DNA from: Sandaracinaceae bacterium | Lineage (GTDB): Bacteria; Myxococcota_A; Polyangia; Polyangiales; Houyiibacteriaceae | DNA length: 64,000 nucleotides | Assembly: GCA_016706685.1 (NCBI GenBank) | Contig: JADJJE010000051.1 | Span: 49,667-113,666, forward strand | Reading direction: 5' to 3' | In this document: positions 18,801 to 25,815 of the stretch, piece by piece | How positions within the stretch are numbered: position 1 is the first letter of the stretch | How the letters are laid out: every line of letters starts with the position of its first letter | Translations under genes and position numbers: made by a program | The notes under the pieces: generated by a model | Told to the model about the DNA's origin: nothing | The model's input: the letters and a program-made list of their open reading frames with translations, nothing else | The model's database searches: none

Positions 18801-20085
18801 ACGCGTCGGCGGTGACCAGGAAGTCTTGCGTGCGCAGCCGCACGGGACCGCCCAGGTCGAGCGGACTCAGCGTGCCGGCGAGGTCGATGCGGCCGGCCAG
18901 CGTCCACTGCGCGATGGCGTCGGGCGTGACGTCCAGCTGCTTCAAGAGCTTGGCCAGCTGGAGCGCGTCGATGTCGAGCGTGGCGGTGAGCGGCAGGTCG
19001 GCCGTGAAGCCCACCTCGGCGTGGCCCGTCACCACGCCGCCGCCCTCGATGACCTGGAAGCGCATCTCGGTGACACGTGCGCGCGTGGCGTCGAAGTCGA
19101 AGTCCAGCTCCACGGTCTCGCCCAGGCCGTAGATGTCGATGGCGCCGTCACGCAGGCGCACTTGTCCGTGGCCCTCGGGGCTGCCGTCACGCATGCCGAT
19201 GGTGGCGTCCACCTCGGCCATGCCGCGCAAGGGTGGCAGCTCGAGCCCCAGCGGGAGGTCCGCGAGGTGCGCGAGGTCGGCGCGCACCTGCACGTTGCCT
19301 TGGAAGCGCGACTCGAAGGGCAGCGGGATGTGCGCGTCGCTGGCCCCCACCGAGAAGTGCTCGCTTCCGATGGCCAGCTCCGAGATGTCCACGCCGGTGT
19401 CCGGGTCGAGGCTGACCGCGGCGCGCAGCGACTGGATGTCCAGGCGCTGGTCGCCGTGACGCACGTGGCCCTCACCCCCCGTGACGCGCAGGTGCAGGAT
19501 GGTGCCGCCTTCGACGCGCAGGTCCACCTCGAGGCCAGCCAGCTGCAGCGCGCCGTCGGGGCTGGCGTCCACGTGCACCGTGGCGTCGGTCAGCGTCAGG
19601 CGCGAGAACGGCAGGCGCGTGGGGCTGTTGGGGTCCGGCTCCGCGCGCGGCCGCGGCAGGTTGCGCACCTCGCCCTCGCGCACGATCAGGTTGACCACGG
19701 CGCCGTCGATCAGGATCTCGTCGAGGTCCAGCTCACCCCGCAGCAGCGCGCCCACGCTGGGCGAGATGACCAGCCGGCGGGCCTTCACCAGCCGGCCATA
19801 GACGGGGTCCACCAGGGCGATCTCGCTGGCCACCACCTCGATACGCGGCGGCAGGAGGCCGAGATCCACACGCAGCTCACCGAAGCTGGCGTCGAGGCCC
19901 AGCTCGTCGCGGATGACGGTGACGGTCAGCTCGCGGATGCGCGCGCGCCCCCAGCTGGTCTGCGTGAGCCCGATGGCCAGCGAAAGCGTGGCCAGGATCG
20001 CGAGCACGACGTTTCGTGCCCAGCGCAACCAGCCGGCTTTGCGTGGGGGTTCATCGGACACGGCAGCTCTCGGGATCCATAGCAC
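15871..20085 (-). CDS. tamB: translocation and assembly module protein TamB-like (DUF490)
   Basis: 1404 aa with an N-terminal membrane anchor (WARNVVLAILATLSLAIGL), a long beta-rich repetitive body, and a DUF490-type C-terminus (...IGKRIAERVRLTASTSLTGDTREIRAGVEWQLGDQTSIQAGYDN...). The start is GTG at 20085; an alternative GTG lies ~27 nt downstream. Confidence 0.85.
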   Translation of the reverse strand: MLWIPRAAVSDEPPRKAGWLRWARNVVLAILATLSLAIGLTQTSWGRARIRELTVTVIRDELGLDASFGELRVDLGLLPPRIEVVASEIALVDPVYGRLVKARRLVISPSVGALLRGELDLDEILIDGAVVNLIVREGEVRNLPRPRAEPDPNSPTRLPFSRLTLTDATVHVDASPDGALQLAGLEVDLRVEGGTILHLRVTGGEGHVRHGDQRLDIQSLRAAVSLDPDTGVDISELAIGSEHFSVGASDAHIPLPFESRFQGNVQVRADLAHLADLPLGLELPPLRGMAEVDATIGMRDGSPEGHGQVRLRDGAIDIYGLGETVELDFDFDATRARVTEMRFQVIEGGGVVTGHAEVGFTADLPLTATLDIDALQLAKLLKQLDVTPDAIAQWTLAGRIDLAGTLSPLDLGGPVRLRTQDFLVTADAWHQRPATRIMGIPRGRVEGRVTVTPEGLGFRDLDVTMPNSTAHVDLLLGFEDYIEVTGHSTQMDLADVTPLTTLHLGGRGSWRASVRGPYGSPAVEGHVQMNGFEFDTFRAGNIESDFVLENESMSVRFPLITAVKNESRYTVEDLLVDFRDNRFEVTALVHAQRMVLADLYHVFRLETDERFTPFQGVAHGTTRVRYSTGFPDDLPAGTLRATVDIGFSSAHFAGFAFDAGALEAEWRWIDYARGVDGAELDVTHLALHKAGGTVAIAGTMGLGGVLQLSVSADNIPFSATEGFEEMPELGGTWSLLGQIDGTSSVPHLHADLGMHQLAWAGEPLGDGRLYVRLTDRTDPWVAEAASWDPAALPEDEPCYNARAGLAHGRWPADPPLQTPSGPVQSLDRPMAFLLCGEALEGQVLVDMALGWTSDLPMRGRVRFNRMDLAPLLAGALPGAEATGVLNGEMRFDDGALSNDTYGGDLHLDTLEVEVAGIPIRNDGPIDVRFVRGEGRVQRMALVGPGTQLSVSGRASLRTGLRTRVDGVVDLGLLATTSPTVTDARGRLELGVRISGDASDPSVFGEARVVDGAFRFAGFPVPLEELNGHVTFSSHRLIFEDIHARLGSGWVDVAGVATIADGGLRDYTFDVGVRDAALRPMAGVDLGFDAQARLYWEPSMRLPMLRGQVQLERLVYSRTTSLSPTLGELNRPELEGLGEYDPANDNLDVELTITGRPIRVRNNLLTVDIAIADHDRPFQIVGTDQRLGVLGQLAVQRGSVRFRNAVLEMRNGDIRFDDATRINPSFDVTAETDIRTRDLDRNDWRISLHAYGNMDAFRLEARSDPSASEQDILLLLTIGLTTAQAQSLQAADLGGAALEAVSSLSGVNDEVSEALQVIDDFAITTMYSTRTNRPEPQVTIGKRIAERVRLTASTSLTGDTREIRAGVEWQLGDQTSIQAGYDNVNRETQSFGNVGVDFHWRIEFE

Positions 20086-20203
20086 GCGACCCCTTCGGAC
20101 CGCCTGCTTTCAGCGGGCCGTGTGGGGCCTGGTAGGTGTACGCGCAGGGCTCGGGAATCTGCTCTCCGTCGGTCCGCCTGTTCGAACGCGGGCGTGGTGG
20201 CGA

Positions 20204-20370
20204 GGAGGGCGACGGGCACCCTGCTCTGCGGGGGCGGGCGCGCTGGCGCGCCCTCTGGTTGACCTCCCCCATTTCGGCGCGTCCGGAGGACGCTTGAAAT
20301 AGGGCCCCCCCAAGCCCCGCTGCCGCAGGGCGCCCGTCGCCCTCCATGGTGGCGTCTCGGGTGCGCGGGG
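20204..20370 (-). repeat. copy A of a ~156-nt intergenic repeat (candidate structured RNA/leader or MITE)
   Basis: The reverse complement of 20204-20359 aligns to 33146-33300 with 146 of 156 columns identical (hand alignment: 9 substitutions, 1 indel). Weaker similarity extends to ~20370. Contains an internal long-range inverted repeat. Confidence 0.85.
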
Positions 20371-20592
20371 TGGTCCCGCCGGAGAGCCGATGAACGGGGG
20401 TGCGCGTGAGCTTGCGGGGCGCGACTGGGCTCGTGGGGTCGCGGGGCGGTCCTCATGCGCGTGTGGGGGGCGCGCCGAGTCGGACGTGGGCTCGGATGAG
20501 CGCGGATGGGTCGGGAGTGACGCGCGCACGCTCTCGGCCGGCGTTCTGCGGGTGACGGAGGGGGCGTGTTACGTTCTGTGGATGGAGGTCCG

Positions 20593-21900
20593 ATGCTGAC
20601 TCGCCGGATGCTGGGTGCGCTGTGCTGGGCCGTTGCCGTTGGAGGATGCGGGACTCCCGAGCTGCCTCCCGTGGTGGCTTCGGCGCCGGGGATCACCATT
20701 CGGTCCAGCGTCCCGATGGATGAGTGCACGGCCTCGCTCTCGATTGGCTACTACCGCACGTTGAGCGATCTGTTGGGGGTCGATCAGGCGATCGAGGTCG
20801 TGAGGGTGGACGACCTCGATGCGTGGTGCCGGGACGGCGTCGATGGCTGCGAGTATGGGAGCAGGGCCTACACGGTGCTCGACTTTCATCCGCACGAGAT
20901 CACCCATGCCGTGTTCGCGAGCGCGGGGCGCTCCCTGCCGTTCCTCGAGGAGGGGGTCGCGGAGCTCGGCGAGTGCGCGCTGGGGATGCCGGCGTACGTG
21001 ACGCCGACGAGCCTGCCGCTGACCGAGTCACTCGTGTTCCGGGACTCGTTCTCCGGGGTGGTGGGGGACGAGCGGACGACCGCGACGCAGTTCGTGTCCT
21101 ACGCTGTTTCGGAGCTCGGCTGGCGGGGCTTCTTGGCGCTGTACGACAGCGTGTCTCTCCAGCAGGGCGACGATCAGAACGCCCAGCGGATCGCGGCGGC
21201 GATGGGGAGACCTTGGAGTCAGGTGCTCTCGGACTTCGAAGCAGTGGGGCGGCTGAGTATGAGCGAGGTGTGCGCGGCACACGCGCAGAGTCTCGGCGTC
21301 GGCATGCTCGCTGACGGGGAAGTTCGATGCCTGCCGCTGTTCACGGGCGACATCGTCTTCGGGGTACGTGGGGCGAGTGAGAGCGCGTCGCCACGCTTGG
21401 TTCGTGCCGAGATGTCGAGCCCCGCCCGGCTGTACACGCGGTTCGTCCAGATGGCAGCGCCCTTTGATCAGACCATCTGGGACTTGGGAGTGGGGGGGCG
21501 AACGCTGGCCTTGGCCACGCTCGGCGCGGGTGCGATCGAGAGCGAGATCTGGACCGAGACCGAAGCGTCGGGTGAGGGCGTGTGGGTGTCGGTGGAGGCG
21601 GTGCCCACTTGCCCGAGCGCAGCAGAAGACCTCGCGGACTTCGATCGCATCGGGCTGGCGGTCATCGGCGACGTAGATGCCGCGTCCGTCGTGGTGCACA
21701 GCGCGGCGGGTGCCCGCTTGGTGCCGTCGGGTGGGGAGAACGCCGAACTCGCGATCTGCACCGATTGCGACTTCTCAGAGGGCTGCCTCTCAGCGGTGGG
21801 TGGCTACCAGCTCGTGGCGGGGGTGACGTACCACGTGGAGCTGCGCCGCGCGGAGCCCATGCTCCCGTCTGCGACCACGACCTTGGGCGTGCTTCGCTAG
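20593..21900 (+). CDS. hypothetical lipoprotein with an HExxH motif
   Basis: I prefer the ATG at 20593 (GGAGG 4 nt upstream). Lipobox AVAVGG-C. Single HEITH motif (FHPHEITHAVF). No other family features recognised. Confidence 0.6.
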   Translation: MLTRRMLGALCWAVAVGGCGTPELPPVVASAPGITIRSSVPMDECTASLSIGYYRTLSDLLGVDQAIEVVRVDDLDAWCRDGVDGCEYGSRAYTVLDFHPHEITHAVFASAGRSLPFLEEGVAELGECALGMPAYVTPTSLPLTESLVFRDSFSGVVGDERTTATQFVSYAVSELGWRGFLALYDSVSLQQGDDQNAQRIAAAMGRPWSQVLSDFEAVGRLSMSEVCAAHAQSLGVGMLADGEVRCLPLFTGDIVFGVRGASESASPRLVRAEMSSPARLYTRFVQMAAPFDQTIWDLGVGGRTLALATLGAGAIESEIWTETEASGEGVWVSVEAVPTCPSAAEDLADFDRIGLAVIGDVDAASVVVHSAAGARLVPSGGENAELAICTDCDFSEGCLSAVGGYQLVAGVTYHVELRRAEPMLPSATTTLGVLR

Positions 21901-21949
21901 GTTTCGCCCCGCGGCGGCGTTCGTGGCGTGGGCGCGCTAGGGTTTGGGG

Positions 21950-22450
21950 ATGGACCTCGACAATCTGCTCACGGGTGATGCTCCTCAAGGTAGGACGCGG
22001 GAGACGGACATTCGCAGGGATGCGGGGCGGCGGTGGTGGAAGGGGGAGGAGCGGATCGATCATCCGAACTTGGTGCGGAGCTTCGATGGGTGGATCGACC
22101 GGGCGGAGGATGGTCGGTTTTGTCTGCGCAACGACATCAACTGGGCGTACATCGGGCTCGAGGGGCCGGCGTATTTCGTGGAGAGTGTGCGGGTGCATGC
22201 GGCGGGGGTGACGCTGATGTTGAGTGGGGCGCGGGAGGAGGAGCTGGTGGCGGGGACGCTGCGGCAGGACGAGCACGGGGCGCTTTGGTGTGACGTGCGG
22301 GAGGGGCGCTGTCCGGCGCGGTTCGAGAACCACGCGTCGAGCGCGCTGGCGGCGCTGTTGGACGAGGACGAGGCGGGCGTGCTGCTGCGGGTGGGGGGGC
22401 GGGTGTGCCGGCCGCCGCTGGTCGCGGATGGCGCCGCGCCGCTTCCGTGA
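21950..22450 (+). CDS. DUF1285-like protein
   Basis: The pattern RWWKGEERIDHPNLVRSFDGWIDRAEDGRFCLRNDINWAYIGLEGPAYFVESV resembles DUF1285 proteins. ATG at 21950; the track ORF begins at TTG 21944. Confidence 0.5.
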   Translation: MDLDNLLTGDAPQGRTRETDIRRDAGRRWWKGEERIDHPNLVRSFDGWIDRAEDGRFCLRNDINWAYIGLEGPAYFVESVRVHAAGVTLMLSGAREEELVAGTLRQDEHGALWCDVREGRCPARFENHASSALAALLDEDEAGVLLRVGGRVCRPPLVADGAAPLP

Positions 22451-22465
22451 TAGTGGACTGCCGCT

Positions 22466-23074
22466 ATGAAGAGGCGTGAGCAGCTCGCAGCGTTGATGGC
22501 GTTCTTGGTCGGTGCGCCGCTGGTGGCGGTGTTCGCCAGCGCGTTCATGGATGGCGAGACCCGGCGTGGCGAGACGGTGTTCCGCTCCGTGCTGGGCAAC
22601 GACCGCTTCGAGGCGCTGATGGCCGGCGAGGGTGGCTTCCCCCACTACCTGGGCAGCAACCGCCTCGCGCCGGACTTCGAGCTCACCGACCGGCACGGGC
22701 AGCCGTGGCGGCTCGCGGACCACCGCGGCAAGGTGGTGGTGCTGAACTTCTGGAGCATCACCTGCCCGCCGTGCCTCGAAGAGCTGCCCAGCCTCGAGCA
22801 CCTGGGGCACCTGGCGCAGCAGTGGGGTGATGTGGAGGTCGTGGCGGTCAGCGCCGATGAAGGCTGGTCGGCCGTCACCAGCGTGGTGCCCGAGGACACG
22901 CGCCTCACGCACGTCTTCGACCCCACGCGCGAGGTCATCTCCGGGCAGTTCGGCACGCGCCTGTTCCCGGAGACGTGGATCATCGACCGCGAGGGCCGCG
23001 TGCGCTTCCGCTACGACGGGGCGCTCGACTGGGGCAACCCCATCGTGGTGGAGCTGGTCGAAGCGTACCGCTGA
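22466..23074 (+). CDS. TlpA/ResA-like thiol-disulfide oxidoreductase (thioredoxin fold)
   Basis: 202 aa with an N-terminal membrane anchor, then ...GKVVVLNFWSITCPPCLEELPSLEHL (CxxC active site) in an AhpC/TSA-redoxin-like layout. Confidence 0.85.
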   Translation: MKRREQLAALMAFLVGAPLVAVFASAFMDGETRRGETVFRSVLGNDRFEALMAGEGGFPHYLGSNRLAPDFELTDRHGQPWRLADHRGKVVVLNFWSITCPPCLEELPSLEHLGHLAQQWGDVEVVAVSADEGWSAVTSVVPEDTRLTHVFDPTREVISGQFGTRLFPETWIIDREGRVRFRYDGALDWGNPIVVELVEAYR

Positions 23075-23097
23075 GCGGGCTCGGGCCCGGAGGGCCC

Positions 23098-24207
23098 TCA
23101 GGGAGCGGGCGCGACCGCCGGGCCCACCGCGGGCTGGGGGTGGTAGGTCGAGCCGTCGTCCAGCGCCGTGTAGCTGTCGCGGCGCGCGGCGTGCTGCTCG
23201 AAGATGGTGCTGCACGCCTCGATGAAGCGGCGGGACTCCTCGTCGGCGGGGGACCAACGCAGCACCGCGTCCGTGCTCTCGACCGTGAACGCCAGCGCCT
23301 GGGCGGCTTCGCCGATGGCGGCGGCCTCGCGCATCAGCTCGGGGACGAGCTGCACTCGCGTGCTCTCGGACAGGTCACGAACCTCGGCCGCGGCGGCTTC
23401 CGTGATGGTGTGCACGCGGCCCACAATTTCGAGCCCCGCGCTGCCCTGCGTGACGCTCAGCGCGGCCCAGCGAAGGTCGCCGTGGATGGCGCGCATCTCG
23501 CGCTCGCGCTGCAGCTCGCGGCGGAGCTCACCCTGCGGCACGCCCAGCATGGCGAAGTACGAGTGGTAGGCGCCCACGGAGTGGACCGCGTTCAGCAGCG
23601 GCTGCGTCTGCGGCGCGGGGTCTTCGAGTCCGTCGATGCGATCCAGCACCGCCTCCACGGAGTCGCGCTCGGCGAGGATCAGGTAGCGACCGCTTGCCAC
23701 CACGCCCACGTTCTCGCCACGCCGATGGATGACGTGCTGGCGACGCGTCCCCTGAATTTCGGCGCGCACCACCCCGAGGTCGCGGTCCGTGAAGCTCCCT
23801 TGGGCCACCATCACGAAGCCGCCGCTGCCGCTGACACCGATGGCCACCACCTGCGTGCGGGCCACGGCCTCGAGCACCTCCTCGACATGCTCACGCGGGA
23901 ACTCGGCGCGCATGAAGAAGCCGAACGCGCGCTCCACCAAGGGGCCAAACGTGCTCTGACGAATGGCGGCCAGGTCGGCGCGCATCAGGAACACGACGTC
24001 TCCACCGACGAGGGTCAGCGGGTCGCCGGCCAACCCTGCCGGGCCGCTCTCGCCGCTACCGCGACAGCCCGTGCTGGGCGTGACGCTCACCGCGTCGGCG
24101 GGGGTGGGACACGTGCCGGCGCAGGCAGGCGTCACGAGGGCGACGGCGAGCGCGAGCACGAGGCTCGGGGCGAGGCGGCCGAGAGGGCGTGGGGTGAGCG
24201 CTGGCAT
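23098..24207 (-). CDS. hypothetical lipoprotein (distant relative of 48484-49452 and 49504-50463)
   Basis: I chose the ATG at 24207 (MPALTPRPLGRLAPSLVLALAVALVTPA-C lipobox). It shares LDRIDGL.., AQGSF.., HRRG landmarks with the tandem pair at 48.5-50.5 kb. Confidence 0.6.
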   Translation of the reverse strand: MPALTPRPLGRLAPSLVLALAVALVTPACAGTCPTPADAVSVTPSTGCRGSGESGPAGLAGDPLTLVGGDVVFLMRADLAAIRQSTFGPLVERAFGFFMRAEFPREHVEEVLEAVARTQVVAIGVSGSGGFVMVAQGSFTDRDLGVVRAEIQGTRRQHVIHRRGENVGVVASGRYLILAERDSVEAVLDRIDGLEDPAPQTQPLLNAVHSVGAYHSYFAMLGVPQGELRRELQREREMRAIHGDLRWAALSVTQGSAGLEIVGRVHTITEAAAAEVRDLSESTRVQLVPELMREAAAIGEAAQALAFTVESTDAVLRWSPADEESRRFIEACSTIFEQHAARRDSYTALDDGSTYHPQPAVGPAVAPAP

Positions 24208-24262
24208 CCCTCCGGTATACCGCAAGCGCGCCTCCGGGTGTTCGGCGTGGTACAGAGGCGCC

Positions 24263-25192
24263 ATGGCCCTCTCGCTCCAACACCGCATCTTGCTGGCCGG
24301 GCTCCGGACCGTGTTCTTGCCTCTCGCCGACCGCCTGCACTCGGTGGCCTCCCAGAGGAAGATGGTCGACCGCATCGCGCGTGTCGTCCGCATGCCCAGG
24401 GGCTTTGCGCTCAGCGAAGCCACCTTGGGTGGCCGCCCGGCGCGGCACATCAAGCCCGAGGTGGGCCACGCCGACGGACACGTGCTGTACCTGCACGGCG
24501 GCGCCTATGTGGCGGGAGGGCTCACCAGCCACACACCCATCGCCGCGCTGGTGGCGCAGGCCGCAGGCACCGAGGCGTGGCTGCTGGATTACCGCTTGGC
24601 GCCCGAGCACCCCTACCCGGCCGCGCGCGAAGACGCTCTCACGGCCTACAAGGAAATGCTGGACTGGGGCATCGAGCCCTCGCAGATCATCATTGCGGGG
24701 GACTCGGCGGGCGGCGGGCTCACGCTGTCCACGGCGCTCGGCATCCGCGACGCGGGCTGGCCCATGCCGGCCGCGCTGGTGCTGCTGTCGCCCTGGACGG
24801 ACATGTCGCTGTCGTCGCCCAGCTTTCAGCACAACAAGAAGCGCGAGGCCATGCTGACCAAGGGCTTCCTGTCGCGCGCGGCGGGGCACTACTGCAACGA
24901 GACCAACCGCGGGCGGCCCGTGCGGCGGCAGGACTCGGGGGTCTCGCCCATCTTCGCGGACCTGGCGGGCCTGCCACCCATCCTGGCGCACGTGGGCGGC
25001 GACGAGATCCTGCTGGACGACGCTCGCCTCGTGGTGGAGCGCGCCGACGCGGCCGGCGGTGAGGCCACGCTGCACGTGTTCGACGAGCTGTGGCACGTCT
25101 TTCAAGCCAGCTCCGGAATGATCCCCGAGGCCGACGAGTCGCTGCGCGAGATTGGCGCCTTCTGCCGCGCTCAGCTGGCGCGGCGGTCGTAG
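24263..25192 (+). CDS. alpha/beta hydrolase, hormone-sensitive-lipase-like esterase
   Basis: I chose the ATG at 24263 (the upstream part of the ORF is antisense to the neighbour). Motifs: HGGAY oxyanion motif, GDSAGG nucleophile elbow, and a C-terminal D...H region (GGDEILLDD...ELWHVF). Confidence 0.85.
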   Translation: MALSLQHRILLAGLRTVFLPLADRLHSVASQRKMVDRIARVVRMPRGFALSEATLGGRPARHIKPEVGHADGHVLYLHGGAYVAGGLTSHTPIAALVAQAAGTEAWLLDYRLAPEHPYPAAREDALTAYKEMLDWGIEPSQIIIAGDSAGGGLTLSTALGIRDAGWPMPAALVLLSPWTDMSLSSPSFQHNKKREAMLTKGFLSRAAGHYCNETNRGRPVRRQDSGVSPIFADLAGLPPILAHVGGDEILLDDARLVVERADAAGGEATLHVFDELWHVFQASSGMIPEADESLREIGAFCRAQLARRS

Positions 25193-25815
25193 AGCTCGCG
25201 CAGCACGCGTGTGGCCCACGTGATGCGGGCCGCCTCGATCTCGGGGTTGGGCTTCACCGTGACGGTGAGCGCCTCGGAGTCGAACATGTGCATGATGGAC
25301 AGCACGATGGTGACGGTCTCGAGCGTCTGCTCGCGCGTGCCCGGGAGCCCCAGCTCCACCATGCGGATGATGGCGGCCTCGAAGCGCCCCACGGCGGCAC
25401 CCACGGCCTCGGCCAAGTCGGGGTGGATGCGCGCGGCGGCCACCACCTCGCGCCATGCGGCGTGCGTGGCGGAGCGGCTCACGTCGCGCAGCACGCGCAC
25501 GAAGTCGTCCAGGCGGTCCAGGGTCCACGCGGCCTCGGTGATGCCGGCGGCGCGGATGAAGGACTCGATGTTGCGCGTGCCGATGGCGTCCACCACGTGC
25601 ACCAAGAGCTCGAGGCGCGTCTCGAAGTGGCGGAAGAGCGCGCCCTGCGACACGCCCGCGCGGTCGCAGATGGCCTTCACCGAAGCGCCCGCGTACCCGG
25701 ACTCGGCCAGCACCGCGATGCTGGCGTCCACCAGGCGCTCGATGGTGGCGGCGCGGCGCTCGGCCTGGGTGCGCCGGCTCTGGGCGGGCTCTTCTTGCGG
25801 GGTGGCGCCGCTCAT
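25171..25815 (-). CDS. TetR/AcrR family transcriptional regulator
   Basis: 214 aa with N-terminal HTH ...IERLVDASIAVLAESGYAGASVKAICDRAGVSQGALFRHFETRLELL. The start overlaps the stop of the upstream amidohydrolase (ATGA). Confidence 0.9.
   Translation of the reverse strand: MSGATPQEEPAQSRRTQAERRAATIERLVDASIAVLAESGYAGASVKAICDRAGVSQGALFRHFETRLELLVHVVDAIGTRNIESFIRAAGITEAAWTLDRLDDFVRVLRDVSRSATHAAWREVVAAARIHPDLAEAVGAAVGRFEAAIIRMVELGLPGTREQTLETVTIVLSIMHMFDSEALTVTVKPNPEIEAARITWATRVLRELYDRRAS

Noticed and set aside
20204-20370. Retron msr/msd-like layout: terminal inverted repeats enclosing ~100 nt, in a myxobacterium-like genome.
   Set aside because: No reverse-transcriptase ORF follows either copy; the downstream genes are tamB and an FAD oxidase. 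I see no RT motifs (YxDD) anywhere in the window.
20110-20529. ORFs crossing both repeat copies (20110-20529 minus and 32960-33430 plus) share a peptide, GLGGPYFKRP.DAPKWGRSTRG, which hints at a small conserved protein.
   Set aside because: In that frame, the seven substitutions downstream of the indel are 1 synonymous and 6 non-synonymous, which gives no sign of purifying selection. There is no start codon with a ribosome-binding site near the conserved part. The indel shifts the frame upstream. The composition is Arg/Pro/Gly-rich. A non-coding element is the better reading.
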